NCBI GenBank assembly: GCA_027484265.1
Contig: JAIXTH010000233.1
Span: forward strand, 1-44,632
From: Alphaproteobacteria bacterium
Lineage (GTDB): Bacteria > Pseudomonadota > Alphaproteobacteria > Caulobacterales > Aquidulcibacteraceae
DNA: 44,632 bases
Reading direction: 5' to 3'
Part shown: piece by piece, positions 25,165 to 35,299 of the stretch
How positions within the stretch are numbered: the first letter of the stretch is position 1
Layout of the letters: each line of letters opens with the position of its first letter
Program-made: the position numbers and the translations under genes
Notes under the pieces: generated by a model
Told to the model about the DNA's origin: nothing
The model's database searches: none
Seen by the model: the letters and a program-made list of their open reading frames with translations, nothing else

Positions 25165-25935
25165 TCAGAAGTTCACCCGGTCGGTCACCGCGCCGTCCAC
25201 CAGCATGCTGATGCCGGTGGTATAGCTCGACACCGGGCTTGCCAGGAACACGGCGGCGTTGGCGATCTCCTGCGGGGTGGCGCAGCGGCCGGTTGGGTTG
25301 CGGGCCACGGACTTCTTGAAGAAGTCGGGCGCGTTCTGTTCCACACGGTGCCAGACCCCGCCTTCGAAATAGACCATGCCGGGCGACACCACATTCACCC
25401 GCACCTTGTCGCGGGCATGGTGGCGGGCAAGGCCCTTGGCCATGTGGATCAGCGCTGCCTTGATCGGACCATAGGAGCCGGGCTCGTTGGCAGAGGTGGC
25501 CGAGACCGAGCTGATGATCACCACGGCGGCATCGCCGGTGCGGGCGGCGGCAGCCTTGAGGTGGGGCATGGAGGCGGTGATGGCGCTGACGGCGCCGATC
25601 ACATCCAGGTCGAAGTTGGAACGCCAGGCGGCCTCGTCGAAGCCCTGTGCCATCGCACCGGCATTGGAGACCAGGATGTCGATCCCGCCATGCTGTTCTG
25701 CCACCTGGCCGATCCAGGCCGAGAGCGCCGCGCCATCGGTGACATCCACCGCAGCGCCACTGGCGGTGGCGCCAGCCGCCTTCAGCTCGCCCACCAGCGC
25801 ATCCACGGCAGCGGCGTCGCGGGCACACAGAGCCACCGCGCAGCCCTCGGCCACCAGCGTCTCGACAATCGCCCGGCCGATCCCGCGCGTGCCACCCAGT
25901 ACCACCGCCGTGCGGCCCTTCAGTCCCAGATCCAT
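25165..25935 (-). CDS. SDR family oxidoreductase
   Basis: From the ATG at 25933-25935: MDLGLKGRTAVVLGGTRGIGRAI (TGxxxGxG), NAG, and a catalytic YxxxK context (YGPIKAAL). The track start at 26136 is an extension. Confidence 0.9.
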   Translation of the reverse strand: MDLGLKGRTAVVLGGTRGIGRAIVETLVAEGCAVALCARDAAAVDALVGELKAAGATASGAAVDVTDGAALSAWIGQVAEQHGGIDILVSNAGAMAQGFDEAAWRSNFDLDVIGAVSAITASMPHLKAAAARTGDAAVVIISSVSATSANEPGSYGPIKAALIHMAKGLARHHARDKVRVNVVSPGMVYFEGGVWHRVEQNAPDFFKKSVARNPTGRCATPQEIANAAVFLASPVSSYTTGISMLVDGAVTDRVNF

Positions 25936-26098
25936 GGTGTGTCCTCCCGTGCGTGCGGCGCCCGCACCTGTTGTGTCGTGCTGGAGGGGATGGCGCTTCA
26001 TCGCCGATGGCGCAAGCCCTGCCTTGATCGCTGCCGCCGCCGCTTGCGCAGGCTGGCGCATGGGCGGATGGAGCGGGGGATTGATCGGGGACACCAGC

Positions 26099-26836
26099 AT
26101 GGGCGCGCTGCCAGGGACAACGGGACGGCGCCGCATCTATCTGATGCGGCATGGGCATGTGGATTACACCTCCTACGAAGTGCGCGTGCTGGGCGATCCG
26201 CGCCTGGTGCATCTGACCGACATGGGCCGGGAGCAGGCGGCGGCGGCGGGCGAGGCGCTGGCGGAGGTGCCGTTCGACATCGCCCTGTCCTCCGGCCTCA
26301 ACCGCACCAACCAGACCGCCGACATCGTGCTGGCGGCCCACCCGGCCCCGCTGGCCCTGCGCCACGAGCCGCGCCTGGAAGAGGTGCATTCGGGCAAGTT
26401 CATCCCCTATGCGACGATGGAGGAACTGAACGCCGGCCTCACCTTCACCTGGGAGCGGGCCGGCGAGCCCGGCGCCCGGTTCTTCGAAGGCGGCGAGCCG
26501 TTCGTGGATGCCTATGACCGCGCGGTCTCGGCGATCGAGGACCTGCTGGCCACACCCGGCTGGGCCAATGCCCTGGTGGTCGCCCATGAAGGGATCAACC
26601 GGCTGCTGCTGGGCTGGATGTGCGGAACCGGCCCAGGCGCTGCCATCGCCTTCGAGCAGGACCTTGCCAACATCAATGTGCTGGATTTCGACATGGTGCC
26701 CGCGGAAGCCGGCACCGGCACCATCATCCAGCGCCGCATGATCAAGGCGGTGAACATCACCCCTTACGCCTGGCTGAAGGCCGGCCTGCACCTCAACAGC
26801 TTCGAGGCGATCTTCACACGGCCGAATGTGGCCTGA
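26099..26836 (+). CDS. Histidine phosphatase family protein (phosphoglycerate mutase-like)
   Basis: It has the RHG motif (IYLMRHGHVDY), LT..G..QA, SSGL.RT.QTA and a C-terminal VVAHEGINR. The ATG at 26099 puts RHG at residues 17-19. The track ORF start at 25487 is antisense overlap with the SDR gene. Confidence 0.85.
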   Translation: MGALPGTTGRRRIYLMRHGHVDYTSYEVRVLGDPRLVHLTDMGREQAAAAGEALAEVPFDIALSSGLNRTNQTADIVLAAHPAPLALRHEPRLEEVHSGKFIPYATMEELNAGLTFTWERAGEPGARFFEGGEPFVDAYDRAVSAIEDLLATPGWANALVVAHEGINRLLLGWMCGTGPGAAIAFEQDLANINVLDFDMVPAEAGTGTIIQRRMIKAVNITPYAWLKAGLHLNSFEAIFTRPNVA

Positions 26837-27778
26837 TCACTGCACCGATGGGGCTGGCGCGCCCAGATCCCACGGCGGCGTGCGGGTCTGGAACTGATCG
26901 GCCAGGAAACCGGCGAAGGCTTCCAGGCGCCGGGTGCGGGCGCGGGCTGGCGGGGTGAGGGTGTGGAGAACGCGGGAGCCGGCGCTCCAGTCGGGCAGGG
27001 CCACGTCCAGGCGCCCGGCCCGCACATGCTGGGCAATCAGGAAATCCGGCAGGACAGCGCAGCCGATCCCTGCGATCAGCGACGGCATCTCCACCGCGCC
27101 GTTGTTCACGCACAGCGGTCCGTCCACCCGCACCCGCACCGCCTGTCCGTCTGGCCCGGTGAACCACCAGGACGAGGAGGCGAGATTGTTGGCGTAGCGC
27201 AGGCAGGCATGCAGGGCGAGGTCCTCGGGCCGCTGCGGCCGCCCGCGTGCCTCCCAATAGGCGGGGGCGGCGACCAGATGCAGCTGCACCGGTGCCAGCC
27301 GCCGCGCCAGCAGGCTGGAGTCCGTGTCCATCGATCCGATCCGGACCGCCATGTCATAGCCCTCGGCCACCAGATCCACCGGCCTGTCATCCAGCGACAG
27401 CTCCAGCCGGATGTCGGGCCAGGCCCGGAAGAAGGCGGGCAGGAGCGGCGCCAGCCAGTCCTGCGAGAAACTGAGCGGGGCCGCGATCCGCAGCAGGCCA
27501 CGCGGTGCGGCCCGGGTCTCCTGCGCCTCCTCCGACAGGCTCTCGGCCTCGTCCAGGATGCGCCGCGCCCGCACCAGCGCCGCCTGCCCGGCATCGGTCA
27601 GCGCCAGGGTGCGGGTCGAGCGGGTGAACAGCGCCACGCCCAGCGCCGCCTCGAGATCGCTCACCTGCTTGGAGACCGTGGCCTTCGAGAGGTTCAGGTC
27701 ACGCGCCGCCTGGGTGAAGCTGGCGCGGCTGGCGACAGTGACGAAGGCGGGGAGCAGGTCGAGGGGCAGGGTCGGCAT
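26837..27778 (-). CDS. LysR family transcriptional regulator
   Basis: From the ATG at 27776-27778: MPTLPLDLLPAFVTVASRASFTQAARDLNLSKATVSKQVSDLEAALGVALFTRSTR, a typical LTTR HTH. It is followed by a LysR substrate-binding domain. The gene is divergent from the flavodoxin/pirin genes. Confidence 0.9.
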   Translation of the reverse strand: MPTLPLDLLPAFVTVASRASFTQAARDLNLSKATVSKQVSDLEAALGVALFTRSTRTLALTDAGQAALVRARRILDEAESLSEEAQETRAAPRGLLRIAAPLSFSQDWLAPLLPAFFRAWPDIRLELSLDDRPVDLVAEGYDMAVRIGSMDTDSSLLARRLAPVQLHLVAAPAYWEARGRPQRPEDLALHACLRYANNLASSSWWFTGPDGQAVRVRVDGPLCVNNGAVEMPSLIAGIGCAVLPDFLIAQHVRAGRLDVALPDWSAGSRVLHTLTPPARARTRRLEAFAGFLADQFQTRTPPWDLGAPAPSVQ

Positions 27779-27779
27779 T

Positions 27780-27796
27780 GTTCGACTTATCCGAAC
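27780..27796. promoter_or_regulatory. Candidate LTTR box (T-N11-A type inverted repeat)
   Basis: GTTCG-ACTTATC-CGAAC is a perfect 5-bp inverted repeat, with T-N11-A embedded as TTCGACTTATCCGAA. It lies in the divergent LysR / flavodoxin intergenic region, directly upstream of the LysR start. Confidence 0.35.
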
Positions 27797-27911
27797 AGTC
27801 TCTTGCAGGGCAAGCATCTAATCGAATGATCGGTCCAGGCCCATATAGGGTCATGTCCGGACCGCCCCTTCAGGGCACCCCGCGGGGGCAGGGTCCGCCA
27901 GGAGTTCACCC

Positions 27912-28499
27912 ATGACCAAAGTCGCCATCGTGTTCCACAGCGGCTACGGCCACACCAAGGTCGTTGCCGAAGAGATTGCCCACGGCGTGCGCAATGCCGG
28001 GGCCACCCCGATCCTGCTCGAGATCGAAGGCCCGAGCCAGGATTTCAAGCCGCTGCTGGAAGCTGCTACCGAGGCCGACGCCATCGTGTTCGGCGCGCCC
28101 ACCTATATGGGCGACATCTCGGTGGGCCTGAAGGCCTTCTTCGAGGCGTCCTCGTCGGCCTGGTACACCGGTGCCTGGAAGGACAAGGTGGCCGGTGGCT
28201 TCACCAACTCGTTCAACGCTTCGGGCGACAAGCTGCACGCGCTGATGAGCATCTTCGTGCTGTCGCAGCAGCAGCACATGATCTGGGTGGGCGCGGGTCA
28301 GCCGGCCTCCAGCCAGGGCACGCCTGCCCCGACCTTTGCCGTCGATGAAATCAACCGCTTCAGCTACTCGATCGGCGTTGCCACCCAGTCCGACAATGCC
28401 AGTCCCGAAGTCACCCCCGGCTCGGGCGACCGCGAATTCGCCCGCCGCTATGGCCTGCGGATCGCGCAGGTCACCGGCAAGCTGACGGGCATCCTGTAA
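27912..28499 (+). CDS. Flavodoxin-fold NAD(P)H:quinone oxidoreductase (WrbA-like)
   Basis: 195 aa. MTKVAIVFHSGYGHTKVVAEEI... and GAPTYMGDIS are typical of WrbA/flavodoxin-like FMN reductases. Confidence 0.85.
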   Translation: MTKVAIVFHSGYGHTKVVAEEIAHGVRNAGATPILLEIEGPSQDFKPLLEAATEADAIVFGAPTYMGDISVGLKAFFEASSSAWYTGAWKDKVAGGFTNSFNASGDKLHALMSIFVLSQQQHMIWVGAGQPASSQGTPAPTFAVDEINRFSYSIGVATQSDNASPEVTPGSGDREFARRYGLRIAQVTGKLTGIL

Positions 28500-28529
28500 T
28501 CCGACCCTGTCTCCAAAGGAGAGTCCCCG

Positions 28530-29228
28530 ATGATCGAGAAACGCAGTTTCGACAGCCTCGGCCGGTTCCGCAACAGCTGGCTGAATGCCCGCCATCACTT
28601 CTCGTTCGGCCACTATCATGATCCGCGCCGCACCCAGTGGGGCTCGATCCGGGTGTGGAACGACGACGAGATCGCCAGCCAGTCGGGCTTTGATCCGCAC
28701 CCCCATGCGGACATGGAAATCATCACCTATGTCCGCGAGGGTGCCATCACCCACAAGGACAGCCTGGGCAATGTCGGCCGCACCGAAGCGGGCGATGTGC
28801 AGGTGATGAGTGCCGGCACCGGCATCACCCACGCCGAGTACAATCTCGAGCCGGACACCACCAGGATCTTCCAGATCTGGATCCTGCCCGAGACCCGGGG
28901 GGCGCCGCCCTCCTGGGGTGCGGCCCGCTTCCCCAAGGACGACCGCTCGGGTCAGTTCGTGGTGCTGGCCAGTGGCTTTGCCAATGATGCGGATGCCCTG
29001 CCGATCCGGCAGAAGGCCCGGGTGCTGGGTGCCACGCTGAATGCAGGCGAGACCATCACCTATCAGGCCGATGCGGGTCGCCACCTGTATCTGGCAGCTG
29101 CCAAGGGTGCGGTGGACGTGAACGGCATTGACCTCGCCGAGCGTGATGCCGCTGCCATCCGCGACGAGCCGGTGCTGACCATCACCGCGCGCGAGACCGC
29201 CGAGCTGGTGCTGGTGGACGCACCCTGA
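28530..29228 (+). CDS. Pirin family protein
   Basis: 232 aa. It has the cupin metal-site motifs of pirins (GFDPHPHADMEIITYV.EG...H.DS.GN). AAGGAG lies upstream of the ATG. Confidence 0.9.
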   Translation: MIEKRSFDSLGRFRNSWLNARHHFSFGHYHDPRRTQWGSIRVWNDDEIASQSGFDPHPHADMEIITYVREGAITHKDSLGNVGRTEAGDVQVMSAGTGITHAEYNLEPDTTRIFQIWILPETRGAPPSWGAARFPKDDRSGQFVVLASGFANDADALPIRQKARVLGATLNAGETITYQADAGRHLYLAAAKGAVDVNGIDLAERDAAAIRDEPVLTITARETAELVLVDAP

Positions 29229-29329
29229 ACCCGCCACCTTCACGCCGCGCCGGGTATCCCTCCCAATACCCCGCCCGGCTGGCGTGAAGAGAGGGGCCCG
29301 TCCGGCTTCCCCCCCGGTACACCGGACGG

Positions 29330-29362
29330 AAAAAGGCGGGGCCGGTCTGCACCGGCCCCGCC
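29330..29362 (-). terminator. Rho-independent terminator of the TonB-dependent receptor gene
   Basis: On the minus strand, GGCGGGGCCGG-tgcaga-CCGGCCCCGCC forms a perfect 11-bp stem followed by TTTTT. It begins 57 nt downstream of the stop at 29420. Confidence 0.7.
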
Positions 29363-29419
29363 TCCCTCGCCCCGACACCCAGCCGCAGGGGCAGGGTGCC
29401 AACCTGGCAACAGCCCTTC

Positions 29420-32287
29420 CTAGAACAGGCCGTCGAAGGTCTTGATGATCCCGATCTTGAACGTCCGGCCAAACGGACGGTGGGTGTAGGGATCATAATT
29501 GAGATCCAGCCGTGCGAACGGCGGGTCTTCGTCCGTGACGTTGATCACCGACAGCGTCAGCACCACGTCCCACGGCGCCTGCCAGCGATAGTACAGGTCG
29601 TAGGTGACCTGCGAATCGATGGTCTTGCCGGCTTCGGTCGGCCCGATGATCGTGCGCTCGTCGGTGTAGTCCGAGACATAGCGGCCGACGAGGCGCAGGT
29701 TGTGGTCGCCGCGGGTATATTCGGCGAACACACTGGCCCGGGTCTGCGGCATCGAGCGCAGGAAGGTCGACCGGTTGAGCCGCCCCACTGCATCGAAGGC
29801 CGGAGCCACCGTCACCCCGTCGATCACCTGGGTGCCGACCACATATTCGATCACATAGGCGACTTCCGCCCCCAGCGTGAACGTGGCGCCGCCCAGCACG
29901 TCATCCCAGACATATTCGGCGGTGGCATCGATGCCCGAGGTCTTGATGTTGGGACCGTTGGCGATGTTCACCCGGATCCGCTCGAACCCGGCCACGGTGG
30001 GCGGGTTGGTCGAGAAGGTGACCCGGTTGAAGAACGGCGAGGTGGTGTTCACCGTGGCGCCCGTCAGCACATTGCCCAGGAGCGCCGAGAACGGCTCGAC
30101 GATGATCGGATCGTCGAAATCGAAGCTCCAATAGTCGATCGAGCCGCTGAAGCCGCCCCGATTGACCACCAGACCCGCGTTGAAGGTCGTGGCGCTTTCA
30201 GGCCGCAGGTTCGGGTTGCCGAACGTGTCCACCGCCTTGAACGCCAGCACCTGGCTGACAAACGACAGGGTGGTGAACTGGCCCGACAGCTGGTTCAGCG
30301 ACGGCCCCCGGAAGGTGGTGCCGGCCGAGCCGCGCAGCACGATCCCGTCCACCGGTTCCCAGCGCAGCGACAGCTTGGGGTCGGTGGTGGCACCGACCTG
30401 GCCGCCATAGTCCTCGTGCCGGATCGCGAACTGGGCCTCGAACCGCTCGGTGATCGGCATGGCCAGTTCGAGGAACGCGCCCCACACCGTACGGCTGGCA
30501 TTGGCCGGGTTTGTCGGCCCGAGGAAGGCGAACACGCCGGTGCGCGAGGTGCAGTTGGTCTGCCCCGGCACCGGACAGGGGTTGAGCAGGTTGTTGGAGT
30601 TCTCGTTGGGATCAAGCCGGTACTCGTCCTGGCGGAACTGCATCCCGGCTGCCCAGGCAATCGCACCGCCGCCCAGCTGGATCCCGGTCTCGCCGTCGAA
30701 CACCAGATCCACCACCGACACGCTGCTCATGGCATCCGTGATGGACGAGCCCGTCATCCAGTTGGCCAGTGCCACTGAATTGGCGACGCTGGCATTGTAG
30801 CCCGGATTGGCCGCCCCGCTCAGAGCCAGCGTGGCGATGCTGTTCGAGAACGGGTTGTAATAGACACAGCCGTTCTGCCCGGGCGTGGTGCCGGTGCAGT
30901 TGGGACCGCCGAGCCCGCTCAGCGCGCGCGAGAACCGGTCGGTGAAGGTGTCGTTGGTCAGGCGGTAGCCATCGGTGGACTGGAAGGTCCAGGCGAGGTT
31001 CCAGTTGATGCCGTTGTCGAGCGAGCCGTCGAGGCTGGCGCTGAAGCGGTAGGAATCATAGGTCCGCTGACCTACCTGGGCAAAGCCCGTTCCCGGGAAG
31101 CCGCCCCAGCCGAACGGCCGGCCGGTCCACAGCACCGCAGGCGCGTTCACCCACGGATTGGCCGCTGCCCAGGCCGGATTGGCTGCGATCAGCGCCAGGA
31201 GGCCCGGGTGGTTGCCGGGCACCACGTTCAGGAAGCGCTGCGGCGGATAGGAGGGAGAGGTCTTCCACTCCGGCACGTCGGTGTGCGCCACCAGCAGCTC
31301 GGCACGGCCGGTCACGCCATTGCCGAACTTGTGTTCGACCTCGCCGAAGAACTGCCAGCGCTTTTCCTCTTCCACCAGATTGTCGAACGGCGTGAACTGG
31401 AACTGGCAGGCGCCGGAAACGACCACGCCGCCCACGGCGCCGCAGCCCGGATCGGCGGAGATTATACCACCGGCCGGGATGCTGTTGAACGGCACCGCGT
31501 TGCGCAGGGTGCCGGGGTTGCCGATGCTGGACCAGCCGCCCTGCGGGTTGCTGGCAAAGTCGCGCACGCCCCAGGCCTTTTCGCGGGTCGAGACCTCGGG
31601 CCGGAACTGATAGCCAAAGCTGGCGACCACCGAAGTGGCATCGCCCTGGTGGCCCCACATGATGGACAGATTGTATTCGCCGGGCGTGCCCTCGAACACC
31701 TCGTAGTCGCCGGCGATCCGCAGGCCATCGAACCGGCTGTCGGTGATGAAGTTCACCACCCCGCCGATCGCGTCCGAGCCATACAGGGCGGCCGCCCCGT
31801 CCTTCAGCACCTCGACCCGGGCTATCGCCTGGGCAGGGATCAGGTTGGTATCGACGAAGGTCTGTGCCTGCTCGGAAATCCCGTAAGGCGCCGAGACCAT
31901 CCGCCGTCCATTCAGCAGCACCAGCGTCCGTGCCGGCCCGAGGCCGCGCAGGTTGATGTTGCCGAGGCCTTCCAAGCCATTGGACGAGAACTGGTTGGTC
32001 TCGCCATCGGTGCCGCTGGAGATGCCCAGCGTCTTCACCAGTTCGAGCACGGTGGGCGAACCCACCCGCTGCAGCTCCTCGCTGGTCACGACCTGCACGG
32101 GCAGGGCGGCGTCTTCCGGCGTGCCGCGGATGAACGAGCCGGTGACGATCACCGTCTCGACCGCTGGCTCGTCTGCCTCTGCTTCTGGTGCTGGTGCAGG
32201 CTGGCCCTGGGCCAGAACAGGTGTGGCCAGCATCAGGCTGGCAAGCGCGGCTAGGCAAAGGCCGCCGCGCAGGCGATTCCGCATCAT
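29420..32287 (-). CDS. TonB-dependent receptor
   Basis: About 955 aa from the MM at 32287. It has a signal peptide (LCLAALASLMLATPVLAQ), a plug domain (ETVIVTGSFIRGTP..., NLRGLG..RTLVLLNGRR) and a beta barrel ending in the C-terminal aromatic ...FKIGIIKTFDGLF. Confidence 0.92.
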   Translation of the reverse strand: MMRNRLRGGLCLAALASLMLATPVLAQGQPAPAPEAEADEPAVETVIVTGSFIRGTPEDAALPVQVVTSEELQRVGSPTVLELVKTLGISSGTDGETNQFSSNGLEGLGNINLRGLGPARTLVLLNGRRMVSAPYGISEQAQTFVDTNLIPAQAIARVEVLKDGAAALYGSDAIGGVVNFITDSRFDGLRIAGDYEVFEGTPGEYNLSIMWGHQGDATSVVASFGYQFRPEVSTREKAWGVRDFASNPQGGWSSIGNPGTLRNAVPFNSIPAGGIISADPGCGAVGGVVVSGACQFQFTPFDNLVEEEKRWQFFGEVEHKFGNGVTGRAELLVAHTDVPEWKTSPSYPPQRFLNVVPGNHPGLLALIAANPAWAAANPWVNAPAVLWTGRPFGWGGFPGTGFAQVGQRTYDSYRFSASLDGSLDNGINWNLAWTFQSTDGYRLTNDTFTDRFSRALSGLGGPNCTGTTPGQNGCVYYNPFSNSIATLALSGAANPGYNASVANSVALANWMTGSSITDAMSSVSVVDLVFDGETGIQLGGGAIAWAAGMQFRQDEYRLDPNENSNNLLNPCPVPGQTNCTSRTGVFAFLGPTNPANASRTVWGAFLELAMPITERFEAQFAIRHEDYGGQVGATTDPKLSLRWEPVDGIVLRGSAGTTFRGPSLNQLSGQFTTLSFVSQVLAFKAVDTFGNPNLRPESATTFNAGLVVNRGGFSGSIDYWSFDFDDPIIVEPFSALLGNVLTGATVNTTSPFFNRVTFSTNPPTVAGFERIRVNIANGPNIKTSGIDATAEYVWDDVLGGATFTLGAEVAYVIEYVVGTQVIDGVTVAPAFDAVGRLNRSTFLRSMPQTRASVFAEYTRGDHNLRLVGRYVSDYTDERTIIGPTEAGKTIDSQVTYDLYYRWQAPWDVVLTLSVINVTDEDPPFARLDLNYDPYTHRPFGRTFKIGIIKTFDGLF

Positions 32288-32433
32288 GAGTGGTCCTCCC
32301 AAGGCGCGCGCCGACCATTCTGTTGCGGGCGATCTGCGCACCTTGTCGGCAGACTGTGACCAGATGACGCAGCTGTAAAGGGGAAATCTGACTGTGGGGG
32401 GCGTCCGTTATGACGTTTGTGTGATCAGGCGGC

Positions 32434-33282
32434 CTAAAAGGCCCGCCCGACGACGACACGCTCGATATCGCTCAAGTCCCGGATGATGTTCACGTTTACC
32501 AGACCCTTGGTCGAGCGGGCCAACTCCTGCATCGCTGCGCCCTGTCCAATCCCGAACTCAAAGGCAAACAGCCCGCCACTCTTCAGCAGGCGCGGCAGAA
32601 CTCCGAACAGGTGGCGGTAGGGGTCCAGGCCGTCGGCGCCGCCATCCAGCGCCAGGTGCGGATCGTGCTCGCGCACATCGGGCATCAGCCCGGCGATGTC
32701 GCCACTGGGGATGTAGGGCGGGTTGGAGACCACGACATCGAAGCTGCCCTCAACCGGCCCGTCCCAGCTGCCTTCCAGCAGGGTCGCGCGACTGTCGAGG
32801 CCATGGAGAGCTGCATTCTCGCGCGCCAGTGCCAGCGCATCGGGGCTGATGTCCACGCCCACGCCGGTCCAGGCCGGCCGCTCGGCCAGCAGGGCCAGCA
32901 GGATCGCGCCGGTGCCGGTGCCAAGGTCCAGCACCCGCAGCGGGGCCTCGGCCGGGGCGCTGCGCAGCACCAGATCCACGATCACCTCGGTCTCGGGCCT
33001 CGGCACCAGCGCGCGGCGGTCGCTGATCAGCTCGAGAGTCCAGAACGCCCGCCGCCCCAATATGTGCGCCACAGGCTCGCGCCGCATCCGCCGTTCGATG
33101 AAATCGGCAAACACCCGCTCGGATCCGTCCGGCAGAGCCCGGTCCGGCTCGGTCAGCAGCGTCATGCGATCCAGGCCCGTGGCCCCGAGCAGCAGCATGC
33201 GGGCATCGATCACGGGGCTGTCGACACCGGCGGCTTCCAGAGCCTTGCGTGCGCCGATCCAGGCTTGCTTGAGAGTGGTCAT
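32434..33282 (-). CDS. prmC: Peptide chain release factor N(5)-glutamine methyltransferase
   Basis: It has the SAM motif (VLDLGTGTGAI), the NPPY motif (VVSNPPYIP) and HEP..AL.GG.DGL. I trimmed the start to the ATG at 33280-33282 (MTTLKQAW). Confidence 0.92.
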   Translation of the reverse strand: MTTLKQAWIGARKALEAAGVDSPVIDARMLLLGATGLDRMTLLTEPDRALPDGSERVFADFIERRMRREPVAHILGRRAFWTLELISDRRALVPRPETEVIVDLVLRSAPAEAPLRVLDLGTGTGAILLALLAERPAWTGVGVDISPDALALARENAALHGLDSRATLLEGSWDGPVEGSFDVVVSNPPYIPSGDIAGLMPDVREHDPHLALDGGADGLDPYRHLFGVLPRLLKSGGLFAFEFGIGQGAAMQELARSTKGLVNVNIIRDLSDIERVVVGRAF

Positions 33283-33461
33283 GCCGCGCGAGGTAGGGCT
33301 GGAGGCCGGACGGCGCAAGCAGGCGCAGCCGGAACTGCCACCCCGGCCTTGGACAAACGCGGCGGACTGCCCCCAACCCTCACCACCAAAACCGATTCAC
33401 ATCCGTGCAGGGATGCTCTAGGCACGCTGCTTCTGTCTTCGTTTCTGCGTCTGGACCCTGC

Positions 33462-34742
33462 ATGGACCGCATCGCCCTCACTGGTGGCACTCCGCTCAAC
33501 GGCTCGATCCGCGTTTCGGGGGCCAAGAACTCGGCCCTCAAGCTGCAGGCGGCCAGCCTGCTGACAGCCGAGCCGCTTGTGCTCACCAATATGCCCGAGC
33601 TGGCCGACACACGGTTCATGGTCGAGCTGCTGGCGCAGCTTGGTGTCGAGATTTTCTGGCCCAAGGGCTCCGGGCGCCTGTCGATGCATGGCGAGACCCT
33701 GAGCAGCTCGATCGCGCCCTATGATCTGGTGCGCAAGATGCGGGCGACCTTCAACGTGCTCGGCCCGCTGCTGGCGCGCGAGGGCCATGCCACGGTCTCG
33801 CTGCCCGGTGGCTGTGCCATCGGCGCCCGTCCGGTGGACCTGCACCTCAAGGCCTTCGAGGCGATGGGCGCCGATATCGTGATCGAGGCTGGCTATGTGA
33901 AGGCAGCCGCCCTGCGCGGCCTGAAGGGCGCCCGGGTGATGTTCCCGTTTGCCTCGGTCGGCGCCACCGAGCATGCCATGCTGGCCGCCACTCTGGCACG
34001 CGGCGAGACCGTGCTGGAGAACGCCGCGCGCGAGCCCGAGATCGTCGATCTGGCCGATTGCCTCAAGGCGATGGGCGCGCAGATCGAGGGCGCTGGCAGC
34101 TCCACCATCCATATCCAGGGCGTCGAGAAGCTGGGCGGCGCCACCTGGAACGTGATGCCCGACCGGATCGAGGCCGGCACCTATGCCTGCTGCGCGGCGG
34201 CTGCGGGCGGCGAGGTTCTGCTGACCAGCGTGGTGCCCGAGACGCTGTCGGCGCTGCTGGACGTGCTGACCCGCGCCGGTGTGCGGGTCGAGACCGGGCC
34301 CGACTGGGTGCGGATCGCCCGCGATCCCGCCACCCGCCTCAAGGCCGTGGACATCGACACCCAGCCCTATCCCGGCTTCCCCACCGACCTGCAGGCGCAG
34401 GTGATGGGGCTGGTGACGCTGGCGTCGGGCGCGTCGATCTTCAAGGAGAACATCTTCGAGAACCGCTTCATGCATGCGCCCGAGCTGCGGCGTCTGGGGG
34501 CCGACATCACGGTGCGCGGCTCGGAGGCGGTGGTGCGCGGGGTCGAGCATCTGCGCGGGGCGCCGGTGATGGCCACCGACCTGCGGGCCTCGGTCTCGCT
34601 GGTGATCGCCGGGCTGATGGCCGAGGGCGAGACCGTGATCAGCCGGGTCTATCACCTCGATCGCGGCTTCGAGCGGCTGGAAGACAAGCTGTCGGCCTGC
34701 GGTGCCCAGATCCGCCGGATCAAGTCCGGCGAGGAAGGCTGA
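33462..34742 (+). CDS. murA: UDP-N-acetylglucosamine 1-carboxyvinyltransferase
   Basis: From the ATG at 33462: [28 protein letters not shown]..., [26 protein letters not shown]. This is the canonical MurA sequence. Confidence 0.97.
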   Translation: MDRIALTGGTPLNGSIRVSGAKNSALKLQAASLLTAEPLVLTNMPELADTRFMVELLAQLGVEIFWPKGSGRLSMHGETLSSSIAPYDLVRKMRATFNVLGPLLAREGHATVSLPGGCAIGARPVDLHLKAFEAMGADIVIEAGYVKAAALRGLKGARVMFPFASVGATEHAMLAATLARGETVLENAAREPEIVDLADCLKAMGAQIEGAGSSTIHIQGVEKLGGATWNVMPDRIEAGTYACCAAAAGGEVLLTSVVPETLSALLDVLTRAGVRVETGPDWVRIARDPATRLKAVDIDTQPYPGFPTDLQAQVMGLVTLASGASIFKENIFENRFMHAPELRRLGADITVRGSEAVVRGVEHLRGAPVMATDLRASVSLVIAGLMAEGETVISRVYHLDRGFERLEDKLSACGAQIRRIKSGEEG

Positions 34743-34747
34743 CCGCG

Positions 34748-35191
34748 ATGACCACCGGCCTGAAGCTGCGCGCCGAGGAGCCCGCCGATCTCGAAGTGGT
34801 CTCGGCCGCAGTCCAGGACGCCGTGTTCACGGTGCAGGATGCGCAGTGGCGCAAGGCGGCCCGCCGCTTCACCATCGGCCTGCAGCGCTTCCGCTGGGAA
34901 GCCAGCGATGCCGCCGGGAAGGGCGAGCGGGTGCCCGCCGTGCTGGCGGTGGAGAGCGTGCTGTCGGTGAAGGCCCGCAAGGTGGCCCTGGGTCGCCCGC
35001 AGGCCGTGGCCAGCATCCTGTCACTCCAGTTCGAGCCCGCAGCCGAGCCGCCCGGCGGGGTGCTGGTGCTGGTGCTGGCTGGCGGCGGCGAGATCGCGGT
35101 TGAAGTCGAGTGCGTGGAACTGGTGCTGGGCGACATTGGCGACGCCCGGGAAGCGCTGGCCAGGCCTGACCATGACAGCGCGCCGGACTGA
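34748..35191 (+). CDS. DUF2948 family protein
   Basis: 147 aa from the ATG at 34748 (MTTGLKLRAEEPADLEVVSAAVQDAVF...RRFT...RFRWE). It sits directly after murA, the conserved alphaproteobacterial position of DUF2948. Confidence 0.8.
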   Translation: MTTGLKLRAEEPADLEVVSAAVQDAVFTVQDAQWRKAARRFTIGLQRFRWEASDAAGKGERVPAVLAVESVLSVKARKVALGRPQAVASILSLQFEPAAEPPGGVLVLVLAGGGEIAVEVECVELVLGDIGDAREALARPDHDSAPD

Positions 35192-35299
35192 GCGCACACT
35201 GAATCGGTACTTCGCAAAGGCCGCCAGCCGGTCTAGCAAACGCCACCATGGCCCGTCTGCCCGGCAAGAGGCAGCGGCCCTTCAGGGAGAGACTGCACC

